Shown here: positions 23,161-30,859 of the stretch, in pieces
Numbering within the stretch: position 1 is the stretch's first letter
Layout: each line of letters begins with the position of its first letter
Origin: Haloferax volcanii DS2
GTDB taxonomy: Archaea; Halobacteriota; Halobacteria; Halobacteriales; Haloferacaceae
Assembly: GCF_000025685.1 (NCBI RefSeq)
Contig: NC_013967.1
Coordinates: 2,130,001-2,162,000 of the forward strand
Direction of reading: 5' to 3'
DNA length: 32,000 bases
The notes under the pieces: model-generated
Databases searched by the model: none
Seen by the model: only the letters and a program-made list of their open reading frames with translations
Told to the model about the DNA's origin: nothing
Translations under genes and position numbers: made by a program

Positions 23161-23417
23161 ATGAACTCCTCGACGAATACACCCAGGAGAAACAGTACGC
23201 GGAAGAGGAGAAGCCGTACTGGATGAACCTCACCGGCGGCACCTCTTTCTCAGGCCCTCTCCGCTACGAACTAGAGAACTACTTCCCGGAGGCCCACTAC
23301 AAGAATGCGATTGACCAGGCCTTCAGAGAAGAAGCAGAAGAGGAATTGAGGCCAGATGGAGGTAGCAGGACTCTGTCCTACTGGAGTGATTTGCTGGGTT
23401 TTCCGGCTGATCGTTGA
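23148..23417 (+). CDS. Hypothetical acidic protein; start ATA 23148 (89 aa) or ATG 23223 (64 aa)
   Basis: The frame is open from 23142. GGTGAT (23137-23142) + 5 nt + ATA 23148. The upstream segment IQEIDELLDEYTQEKQYAEEEKPYW looks coding. It would overlap the previous ORF by 13 nt. Confidence 0.45.
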   Translation: MQEIDELLDEYTQEKQYAEEEKPYWMNLTGGTSFSGPLRYELENYFPEAHYKNAIDQAFREEAEEELRPDGGSRTLSYWSDLLGFPADR

Positions 23418-23453
23418 TCCTGTCCATCGAGAAGTGACTTCAGGGAGTCTTCT

Positions 23454-23476
23454 CCCATCCTTTTTCTCCAGAACTT
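23454..23476 (+). terminator. Hairpin plus T5 tract
   Basis: GGGAG-tctt-CTCCC (23454-23467) is followed by TTTTT (23472-23476), 37 nt after stop 23417. Confidence 0.4.
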
Positions 23477-23550
23477 GCTTAAGATTCGGGTCGAGGTGTA
23501 TAGTTACAGCTCCTTTCAAGAAGGTGGGACTGCGTATTGGTTGATATAGT

Positions 23551-25278
23551 ATGAATTACTCTTTAGATGAGGTTAGGCGGTTTGTTGGCGGGATTCCGCG
23601 TCTACTTGTTTTAGCTACTATCGTATTTCCACTGTCTGGTGTCTTAATCGGCTATTTCACTGGTTTTGGTGCTTCTCCAGCGAATACAAGATTATTCTTG
23701 AGTGGGTTGGCAGGTGCTCAAGCAGGAGTTCTTGCTATCGTTTTCTCCGTGGCAGTTATTGGGATTCAGCTGATTTCGACCCGCTATTCACCGCGAATGA
23801 TTTCACTTTTCACGGACTCACCGATATTCATCTACACCTTCTGTCTCTTCGTGCTATCCGTTGCCCTTGATCTCGGTCTCCTCTACAATGTCCCCCTGAA
23901 CTCAACACGTGTATTTTCAGCTGGTATTGGTGCGGCCTCTGGTCTTGCGACAACCGCGGCGGTCGGATTGTTTGTCTTCGTGAGAACCGCTATACGTCAG
24001 AGTACACCGGATGGTGCAATTGATGCGTTTGTATCGGGAATGACTTCCACGAAATACTTGGAACGGGTGAGAGAGTCTGTAGAAAGCGAGTCTGAGGTTG
24101 CTCATCCGATGCATCCGCTGTACAATTTGGCGATGAATGCACTGTCCAGTGGGGAGCGCGTTACCGCCGAGAAGGCAGTTCAAGAATACGGTGATTTGGT
24201 CCGGTCTATAATCTTGGAGTTGGAAGAACGGAACACGTTCGAGGACGAAGAAAATCAGGTTCGGAGGAAATTGTTCAAGCCTGTATTCAAGGAGCATCTA
24301 CACGATATTGCCTTACACGCTGAAGAGCAGAATGAAAACCAGATAGTTAGCAACGCCATCGAATGGCAGTATGAGCTCGGAAAGGAAGGACTCGATCTTG
24401 AGATCGATAGAATAGCGCGTCAGGCCCAGTTTGGAATGTCAGACGTACTTCGAGATGCACCTCTCGAAACAGGCTCATACATTTCAAGCAACAACGCTTG
24501 GGAACAGATCGGTCAGTTCCTCGTCGACGCTTCAGACAAGCCTGCTCCCAGAATCGCTCGAAACACTGCTTCCTCCATTGAGACGAATATCAGCTCCTAT
24601 CAGCTCCATAAAATCAGTGACGCACGCTGGTATAGCCACTCAATGATGCGGCTCTACAGCAAAATGGAGGATGCTCAAGAAGCACTCCTTGACCACTATG
24701 CCGAAGACGTCGCCAACGTCGATATGGAATGGCAGTATGAACACGTCCCTGACGACATCCACAATCGAGAAGAGGTCTATTCCGTATTCGAGTGGAGAAA
24801 CACTCTGCTAAGCACTACAGCGTCTTTCCTCCAATACGCAATTGAAGAAGGCCAGTACCCGATTACAGACGGGAATTTCAAAGACAGTTGGCAGAACATC
24901 TGCGTTGAAGCATCGAAAACACCTGCCGAGGACTACGCAGTCACACTCTGTCAGGCCCTAATTGAGATAGCTGTAATTGACCGGAATCACGTCGAAGAGA
25001 CAGGTATCCCTTGGAGCTCCAGTATCGGCCGAGTCAAATACAACGGCAACCCAGACATCGTTGACAAAGCCTTCGAACGAATCCTCCAATACGACTACGT
25101 CGAAGAAGAACCAGGCCCTCTCTTCGCCGGAGAAATGGAAGAACACCGTCAAACATACTATGAAAGTCAACTGAACGTCCAAGGCACACCAACACTGAAC
25201 AATAGGTCTGATTTCCCCGAAGAGATAGAAGAGATTCGAAGAGAGGCCGATGAGAGATGGGAGAAGCTCGAAGACTAG
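23551..25278 (+). CDS. DUF2254-like membrane protein (4 N-terminal TM helices plus ~400-aa soluble domain)
   Basis: 575 aa. TM segments are LLVLATIVFPLSGVLIGYF, GVLAIVFSVAVIGIQLI, IFIYTFCLFVLSVALDLGLLY and GIGAASGLATTAAVGLFVFV. IQLISTRYSPRMISLFTDS resembles the DUF2254 Q..S.q.SPR motif as I recall it. Confidence 0.75.
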   Translation: MNYSLDEVRRFVGGIPRLLVLATIVFPLSGVLIGYFTGFGASPANTRLFLSGLAGAQAGVLAIVFSVAVIGIQLISTRYSPRMISLFTDSPIFIYTFCLFVLSVALDLGLLYNVPLNSTRVFSAGIGAASGLATTAAVGLFVFVRTAIRQSTPDGAIDAFVSGMTSTKYLERVRESVESESEVAHPMHPLYNLAMNALSSGERVTAEKAVQEYGDLVRSIILELEERNTFEDEENQVRRKLFKPVFKEHLHDIALHAEEQNENQIVSNAIEWQYELGKEGLDLEIDRIARQAQFGMSDVLRDAPLETGSYISSNNAWEQIGQFLVDASDKPAPRIARNTASSIETNISSYQLHKISDARWYSHSMMRLYSKMEDAQEALLDHYAEDVANVDMEWQYEHVPDDIHNREEVYSVFEWRNTLLSTTASFLQYAIEEGQYPITDGNFKDSWQNICVEASKTPAEDYAVTLCQALIEIAVIDRNHVEETGIPWSSSIGRVKYNGNPDIVDKAFERILQYDYVEEEPGPLFAGEMEEHRQTYYESQLNVQGTPTLNNRSDFPEEIEEIRREADERWEKLED

Positions 25279-27352
25279 CCCGTACGACTATCTAATTCAA
25301 CTGAAGTTAGGTCTGTCAAAGTGTTGTAGCCTGTTAGTTGCGTATGAGTGTTTTGTGAGTCCGCCTGATTCGAAGAGACTTATAGATCTTGCATCGCAGT
25401 ATGACGTTCTTGATGAAGAGGAGGTACGGAAGCTGGTTCTGGCTTCTGGTCTGTCTCGGAGTGAGGTATTGCAGGAAGTTGCATCCCGAGTAGTTGCAGC
25501 GAGAGCAGTTGAGAACTCAGAGTATCCTTTTGCATCGAGATCCTTCACGGGAGGGATCACGCTGGGGTATACCTTCGATGGCCGGTCCTTCCGGTTTTCT
25601 GAGAGCAATCTAACGAGGCATTTGTTGGCTGTGGGTCAGTCGGGTTCGGGGAAGACTACGTTGTTCTATAATTTGCTTGATCAGGTTGGTGTTCCGTTCT
25701 GGGTTTTTGATTTGAAGCGGGATTACAGGCCCCTGGCTCGTGAAGATGATTTGCTGGTGTTGCCGTGGTCGGAGTTGAAGTTGAATCCGTTGAGGCCTCC
25801 GAGTGGTGTGTCTCCTCGTAGGTGGGCTCAGGTCTTCTCCGAAATTTTTGGGCACGCTACTTCGCTGCTTTCGGGGTCGAAGAACTACTTGCTGAAGAAG
25901 ATCATCGAGCTCTACAAGTTGTACGGCTTGTTTGAGGAGGTTTCAGGGCCGTATCCAGGCCTTCACGAACTACAATTACTGGTTGAGAATGACTCGATGA
26001 GCTATGTTCGTACTGCTGCGGATTACAGGGATCGATTGTTGAATCGATTGGAGGCGATGAACCTTACAGCAGGTACCGTCTTCGAATGCAGTCAAGGCCC
26101 TACAATAGAGGAGATGCTGAACAGGAGGGTGGTTTTCGAGTTTGACGGTCTCAGCAGGGATGTTCAGAACTTTTTGATGGAGATTTTGTTTGCTGGTGTC
26201 TACGAGTATCGTTTGAGTCAGGGAATGCGTGGTGACGAGTTACGGCACTTGTTTCTCTTGGATGAGGGGAAGCAGGTTTTCTCGGTGTATAAGGAGCGTC
26301 AGGATGCGGCTGGTATCCCAGAGATTGATCAGTTGACGGCGAAAATGCGGGAGTTCGGCGAAGGTCTCATCGTAGGTGATCAGGAGGCAAGCAAGTTGAC
26401 GGATTCTATCAAGGCTAATACGTACACCAAGTTCTTGCTGCCTACGGGCGACCGAAAGCAGTTCCAAGCAGTCACCAACTCGATGAACCTGTCTGAGAGA
26501 CAGACGGAGTTTGCCTCTGAGCTTGAGGTGGGAGAGGCAGTAGTTCAGGTCGGTAACCGTGGCCCAGTACCGGTCAAACTCGACAACTACGAAGTTGACA
26601 AGCAAATCTCTGATAGCGAACTTCAGAAACTCCAGGCCGAGAACTGGAACAACCTGTCTCACGAACCAAGGAATACAACACCTGAGTTCGAAGTTGAGAT
26701 ATTGGAAGGTCGTTCTGGTGAAGTACCTGAGCCTGATACGCCTGAAGATCCTACAAGAGAAGTCAACGTCTCAAGCGAAGCAGACCGCCTACTCAAGGAC
26801 GTGGTCGATAATCCGTTTAGACCCTTGACTGAACGATACGGGGAATTTCCTAGCCGGTACAAGGGAAACAAGGCCAAGGATGAGCTCGTCGACGAAGGAG
26901 TACTAATCGAGAGGCAGGTCCGTACAAAGAGTGGACGTCGAAAGTTGCTGGAATTGACGAAGAAAGGCCGCCAGTACGTCGAAGATGAACTAGATCTGGA
27001 AGCGAAACACAGGGGGCGAGGCGGAGTCGTTCACAGGTACTGGCAAACTCGAATCAAGGAAGCATTCGAACAAGCCGGCTGGTACGCTGAGACGGAAGTA
27101 TTCGATGCCGACGTCTACGTGAATATGGACACTTCCGAACTTGTGGTCGAGGTAGCGATGGGAGACAACCCAAGAGAAATAGAACACATCGAGAAGCATC
27201 TGGAGAAAGACTTCATCGTCTGGATCGCAGCCCGCAACCAGGAAATCCTCCAGGGACTGCAGCAAAGAATGGAGGAGAAAGGCCTACAGACAGATAACGT
27301 AGTATTTCGACTAGTTCGGGACTTCAACGAGATCGAGAACCTTCCCGAATAG
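25250..27352 (+). CDS. HerA/FtsK-superfamily (DUF87-like) ATPase with C-terminal winged-helix and restriction-endonuclease-fold-like domains
   Basis: Walker A is AVGQSGSGKTT (25634-25660), followed by FWVFDLKRDY. Walker B is HLFLLDEGKQVF. The wHTH-like segment is SGRRKLLELTKKGRQYVE. The C-terminus reads GGVVHRYWQTRIKEAFEQAGWYAETEVFDADVYV...LVVEVAMGDN...HIEKHLEK. The first 35 codons are Cys-rich and non-acidic, so GTG 25355 may be the true start. Confidence 0.8.
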   Translation: MRDGRSSKTSPYDYLIQLKLGLSKCCSLLVAYECFVSPPDSKRLIDLASQYDVLDEEEVRKLVLASGLSRSEVLQEVASRVVAARAVENSEYPFASRSFTGGITLGYTFDGRSFRFSESNLTRHLLAVGQSGSGKTTLFYNLLDQVGVPFWVFDLKRDYRPLAREDDLLVLPWSELKLNPLRPPSGVSPRRWAQVFSEIFGHATSLLSGSKNYLLKKIIELYKLYGLFEEVSGPYPGLHELQLLVENDSMSYVRTAADYRDRLLNRLEAMNLTAGTVFECSQGPTIEEMLNRRVVFEFDGLSRDVQNFLMEILFAGVYEYRLSQGMRGDELRHLFLLDEGKQVFSVYKERQDAAGIPEIDQLTAKMREFGEGLIVGDQEASKLTDSIKANTYTKFLLPTGDRKQFQAVTNSMNLSERQTEFASELEVGEAVVQVGNRGPVPVKLDNYEVDKQISDSELQKLQAENWNNLSHEPRNTTPEFEVEILEGRSGEVPEPDTPEDPTREVNVSSEADRLLKDVVDNPFRPLTERYGEFPSRYKGNKAKDELVDEGVLIERQVRTKSGRRKLLELTKKGRQYVEDELDLEAKHRGRGGVVHRYWQTRIKEAFEQAGWYAETEVFDADVYVNMDTSELVVEVAMGDNPREIEHIEKHLEKDFIVWIAARNQEILQGLQQRMEEKGLQTDNVVFRLVRDFNEIENLPE

Positions 27353-27376
27353 GTTGTTCGGCCTCTTCGAACGACC
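27347..27376. repeat. Motif copy R3 (AATAGGTTGTTCGGCCTCTTCGAA), also a 9-bp hairpin
   Basis: 27348-27365 equals R1 minus the GC dinucleotide. GGTTGTTCG (27352-27360) pairs with CGAACGACC (27368-27376) with one G-U pair and a 7-nt loop. The motif overlaps stop TAG 27350-27352. Confidence 0.6.
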
Positions 27377-27382
27377 GGAAAG

Positions 27383-27390
27383 ATATAAAA
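27383..27390 (+). promoter_or_regulatory. TATA box for a leaderless small membrane-protein gene
   Basis: ATATAAAA is centred ~25 nt upstream of ATG 27411. Confidence 0.45.
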
Positions 27391-27410
27391 GTAAATGAAA
27401 TCTTATATGT

Positions 27411-27662
27411 ATGGGATTTATCGACGTATTTGATAATCACTGGACATCTGCTCTTGGTGCTCTTCTTGTAGTACTAGGATTAGTTCCAGTAACTGAAGCG
27501 CTGTTTCAGATCAATATCGTTGGCGGCACTCTCCCATTTAAGCAGGGATGGGTAATGGGGCTGTTCACGATAGGAGTAGGTGTGCTCCTCGCTACAAGGG
27601 GCGCAACTAAGGCTGCTGATTATATCAAAGAGATTATTTGGGGATGGAGACTCGCCAACTGA
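27411..27662 (+). CDS. Small 2-3 TM membrane protein
   Basis: 83 aa. Hydrophobic segments are ALGALLVVLGLVPV and WVMGLFTIGVGVLLA. It has its own TATA box and a terminator hairpin. Confidence 0.6.
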   Translation: MGFIDVFDNHWTSALGALLVVLGLVPVTEALFQINIVGGTLPFKQGWVMGLFTIGVGVLLATRGATKAADYIKEIIWGWRLAN

Positions 27663-27684
27663 AGGCGGGCCCCTTCATTTTTTA
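27661..27684 (+). terminator. Hairpin plus T6 tract
   Basis: GAAGG-cgggcc-CCTTC (27661-27676) is followed by TTTTTT (27679-27684). It overlaps the stop of the 27411 gene. Confidence 0.55.
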
Positions 27685-27894
27685 ATCTCATTTACAAATA
27701 ATCAGTTGAAAACCAACAGAAGGAAGGAGTATAGTAAGACACGACAGGCAGAGAGTTTGTATGGCTAATATCTAGCTCTCTCGGGGCTTACCACTAAGCG
27801 TTCGAAGCCCTTCATCCGAAGGCTTGTGTTCAAGCTCAAGGGAAAACGTGTCTCTCCCCACACTCCTTCTGACTTCAAGTGTGAAAATTACGGT

Positions 27895-29139
27895 ATGAGC
27901 TCAACACAATACGTCGACATCAACAGAACCCTTCAAAACCTGAAAGACAGCCAAATACAGCCAGAAAACGTCGAAGCAATACGCGACTTCGTAAACCACT
28001 GTGCAGCAGAGGGAATCAGCGAAGTACGGCAAGCACGTCTCACATCCGCACTAAAATCATTGCTCAACAACTTCGGACCAGAAGATTTCCTTCTCAGAGA
28101 AGCAAGCGAACAAGAACTCAAACAGGTGATCGCAGGCCTGAATCGCAGCGACTACGCAGATAGCACGAAGCACACGTTCAAATCTGCTGTAAAGAAGTTC
28201 TACAAGGTCGATAACGGCGGCCACGAGCATCCTGATAAAGTCCAGTTCTTCTCTGTTTCCTCGGGAGAGAAATCCACCTCAGTCACCCGCGAAGACCTAT
28301 TCACAGAAGACGAGCTAAAACGCCTGTTCCAATCTTTCACGAGTACACGTGATCGTGCCCTTACGATGGTTCTCTACGAATCAGGAGCCAGGCCAGGAGA
28401 ACTCTTAGCCTGCAATATCGCAGACTTCACCTCAAACGGCAAAGGCGACTTCATCTTCCTTCAAGGCCTGAAGAACACACCCGACAGAACAAACCAACTG
28501 GTCCGGTCAGGCCGAGTTGTACGTGAGTGGCTTGCTCAGCATCCTTGTGGCGGAGAACTAGGAGATATCAAAGACCCCAGCGCTCCTCTCTGGGTGAAAA
28601 CTCAACAACAAACCTGTCGTCACTGCGGAGAAATACCTCACAACCATGATGACGAGAGTTGTAACTATGAGGCAGATCCACAGGATCGATTGAACCACGG
28701 AGGATTCTACAGAAGGTTCAAACAGGCCTGCCGGAAGGCCGATATCCCGGAGAACAAGACTCGGCCCTACAACCTTCGGCACACCCGTCTAACTGAAGTT
28801 GCCAAGTTTATGGGATACGAGCAGTTGAACAAGTTTGCTGGTTGGAAGCCAGGAAGCGACCGTGCCAAAGTCTACGTCCACCTGAACAACGACGACGTCA
28901 ACCAAGCGATCAGAGACAAATACGGATTAGAATCCTCAGACGAGGAAGAGAAAAGCGTTCGATGCTCGTACTGCGGTACTGAGAACCAGTCAGACCATAG
29001 CGAATGCAGGACGTGTGGCCGTATTCTCAGCTTAGAACAGCAGACAAAGAAAGAGGAGAAACAACAGGTGATCGAGAGACTGGCCGAGCTCGACAAGAAA
29101 GGAATACTGGAGAAGCTGGAAAAGCTGGAGGAAAGATAA
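27895..29139 (+). CDS. Tyrosine recombinase/integrase with an inserted Cys cluster and a C-terminal zinc ribbon plus coiled-coil tail
   Basis: Box I is RDRALTMVLYESGARPGELL, followed by YNLRHTRLTEVA (H-x-x-R) and RAKVYVHL (Y). Cys clusters are CRHCGEIPHNHDDESC and CSYCGTENQSDHSECRTCG. The track ORF begins at GTG 27826. I prefer ATG 27895 (MSSTQYVDINRT...), but the start is uncertain. Confidence 0.85.
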   Translation: MSSTQYVDINRTLQNLKDSQIQPENVEAIRDFVNHCAAEGISEVRQARLTSALKSLLNNFGPEDFLLREASEQELKQVIAGLNRSDYADSTKHTFKSAVKKFYKVDNGGHEHPDKVQFFSVSSGEKSTSVTREDLFTEDELKRLFQSFTSTRDRALTMVLYESGARPGELLACNIADFTSNGKGDFIFLQGLKNTPDRTNQLVRSGRVVREWLAQHPCGGELGDIKDPSAPLWVKTQQQTCRHCGEIPHNHDDESCNYEADPQDRLNHGGFYRRFKQACRKADIPENKTRPYNLRHTRLTEVAKFMGYEQLNKFAGWKPGSDRAKVYVHLNNDDVNQAIRDKYGLESSDEEEKSVRCSYCGTENQSDHSECRTCGRILSLEQQTKKEEKQQVIERLAELDKKGILEKLEKLEER

Positions 29140-29178
29140 CGGGGTAAAAATATCAATCCTTGACTCGGTGTTCGATAT

Positions 29179-30219
29179 ATGAGCGAGGATCAATCGTCAG
29201 AGACGGAAGAGTCAGAACAAGATGTTGATGAGTCTGATTTTGGGACTCAGTCATCTGATTTACGAAAATCTCTGGTTGTGGGACAGGACTTGAGAGCTGC
29301 TTTACAGAGCATCAATCAGATGCAGAGGGAGGTTGCGGAGGCTGCTAGACCGATTCGTGAACTCCAGGATTCGTTGGAATCTGCTACCCAGCCACTTCGT
29401 GATGTCCAGCAGACAATGGATGCAGTAACTCAGCCATATGCGGAACTCCAGCAAACGATCAGTGCTGTTCAGAGTGCGAGAGCCATTGCTGAGGCATATA
29501 ACCAGCAATGGGAGTCGATTCGTGAGCCACTGAGGGAGCTTCGAAGTCAGATACAGGTTGCGGTTGAGGAGCAGATTACTCTGGAGATGCCGTGGGAATA
29601 TGATTCGGTTGAGCCGACACCTGCTGCTAAATCAACTGCAGAGAGTTGGGTTGAACATTTTATTGAGGACTTCGAAGATGTCGAAGATGAGTATTTTGAG
29701 CTGATGATTGACCGTGTTGAAGATGGTCTGGAAGATTTCCGGAATGAGCCTGATCGGCCTTATGCTGCTATTCATATTTTCATCTCAATGCAGGATGCCT
29801 TGCTTTGGTGGCTTTGCTATCAAGACGATGAGATTTCTACAGAGGCAACGAATGAAATTGGGCTTCCAAAGTACGGAACTGATGAAAAGCAGGACGCACT
29901 GAGAAAGTACTATGCGGCATATTTCAACGTAGAGGGAGGAGACTCAGGCACATTCACGGACTACAAATGGGACTGCTTCTGGGCTCACCGACACGCGATA
30001 ATGCACGGTGATCTGTATGCTACCTATGATATGAATATCGCTACAACAGCAATGTTGTTCTTCGCTCTAACAGCACACTCTGTTCTTCAGGTGATTGCTG
30101 ATAAAGACGAAGCAGGAGAAGATATTCCCTCAATTATGGAAGAGATCAGAGAAGCGAATGAGGAGATTGAGGCAGAGGATGTTGATGCCGGTGAGGCACT
30201 GGGCGCATTCTTATCATAA
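29179..30219 (+). CDS. HEPN-domain protein with N-terminal 13-14-aa tandem repeats
   Basis: 346 aa. AAAAATAT (29147-29154) lies ~27 nt upstream. The Rx4H motif WAHRHAIMHGD has R at 29989 and H at 30004. It resembles the HEPN C-terminus of the 4087 gene (RRNKIAHGD). Repeats ARPIRELQDSLES / ATQPLRDVQQTMDA / VTQPYAELQQTISA span 29344-29466. Confidence 0.75.
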   Translation: MSEDQSSETEESEQDVDESDFGTQSSDLRKSLVVGQDLRAALQSINQMQREVAEAARPIRELQDSLESATQPLRDVQQTMDAVTQPYAELQQTISAVQSARAIAEAYNQQWESIREPLRELRSQIQVAVEEQITLEMPWEYDSVEPTPAAKSTAESWVEHFIEDFEDVEDEYFELMIDRVEDGLEDFRNEPDRPYAAIHIFISMQDALLWWLCYQDDEISTEATNEIGLPKYGTDEKQDALRKYYAAYFNVEGGDSGTFTDYKWDCFWAHRHAIMHGDLYATYDMNIATTAMLFFALTAHSVLQVIADKDEAGEDIPSIMEEIREANEEIEAEDVDAGEALGAFLS

Positions 30220-30277
30220 AGCAACTGAAAGGAGGCGTCACGGCACTAATTCCTTTTTCGCTATTCAATCTCATATC

Positions 30278-30430
30278 GTGGGGAAGATTAGATCTAAACA
30301 GTATTTTGAAGCTGAGCAGTTGCTAGAGGAGATCAGTTCCTGGACGGAGGATGAGGTCGAGGGTTTGCCGCGTTTGTATCGTGAGAAGGCAAGGGAATTT
30401 CGGCGGCTAGCGAACACGGGCCAGGAGTAA
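30278..30430 (+). CDS. Possible small protein (50 aa from GTG)
   Basis: The protein-like tail (KQYFEAEQLLEEISSWTEDEVEGLPRLYREKAREFRRLANTGQE) of ORF 30095..30430 lies downstream of the HEPN gene stop. No clear SD or TATA. Confidence 0.3.
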   Translation: MGKIRSKQYFEAEQLLEEISSWTEDEVEGLPRLYREKAREFRRLANTGQE

Positions 30431-30463
30431 CTGGTTTCCTGTTCTTTCTTTCTATTACTTGGT

Positions 30464-30859
30464 GTGGATTACTACGAAGACTCGTCGGGTTTTGATGTGG
30501 AAGATTTTCTGGAGGATTCGGGTCGTCGGCAGGAGCAGCGGTTAGAGGAGGAGCTAGAGAGGATTGAAGAGCAGCTGGATCAGCGGTATCAGTTGTTTCA
30601 GGAGTCCTTGGAGGAGTTGACGTCAAGCCTTGAGCAGGCCGTCGATGAGTTGAATGAAGAGTATCAGAGCTTCTTTTCAGGCCAATCTGAGGAACGTATA
30701 CAGAATTTGAAGGGGGAGATCGAGGAGTTCTATCGTTTGATCCGGGAGGAGAGGCAGAGTCATTGGAGTGATCGACAGCGTTTGGAAAAGGAGAGAAGAG
30801 AGATACTACGTGAGCTGGAGGAGTTGGAGGAGCTTGATTCGGTTTCTGACCTACTGTAG
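30464..30859 (+). CDS. Acidic coiled-coil protein
   Basis: 131 aa from GTG. It is E/L/Q-rich and heptad-like throughout (RLEEELERIEEQLDQRYQLFQESLEELTSSLEQAVDELNEE...). Confidence 0.55.
   Translation: MDYYEDSSGFDVEDFLEDSGRRQEQRLEEELERIEEQLDQRYQLFQESLEELTSSLEQAVDELNEEYQSFFSGQSEERIQNLKGEIEEFYRLIREERQSHWSDRQRLEKERREILRELEELEELDSVSDLL

Larger units (their letters stand above)
1641..27376. mobile_element. Candidate integrative conjugative element (~25.7 kb) bounded by AATAGGT..CGGCCTC repeats
   Basis: The interval carries an integrase module at the left end, a T4SS-like operon, DUF932/DUF2958-like genes and cargo. A shared 18-nt motif sits at both ends. It could equally be part of an orc1-replicating plasmid. 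Confidence 0.35.

Noticed and set aside
25250-25354. The N-terminal 35 codons of the HerA-like ATPase as real coding sequence
   Set aside because: This is not fully rejected. The segment (MRDGRSSKTSPYDYLIQLKLGLSKCCSLLVAYECF) is atypically Cys-rich and non-acidic and overlaps the upstream gene by 29 nt. GTG 25355 is therefore a plausible true start.
27781-27830. Hairpins GGGCTT..AAGCCC and AAGCC..GGCTT upstream of integrase 2 as a possible tRNA fragment or att site
   Set aside because: No cloverleaf or conserved tRNA positions are present. No second copy of this sequence occurs in the window, so I have no evidence it is an att site.
30333-30626. 97-aa minus-strand Pro/Thr-rich ORF
   Set aside because: It is low-complexity and antisense to the better-supported plus-strand ORFs 30278-30430 and 30464-30859.
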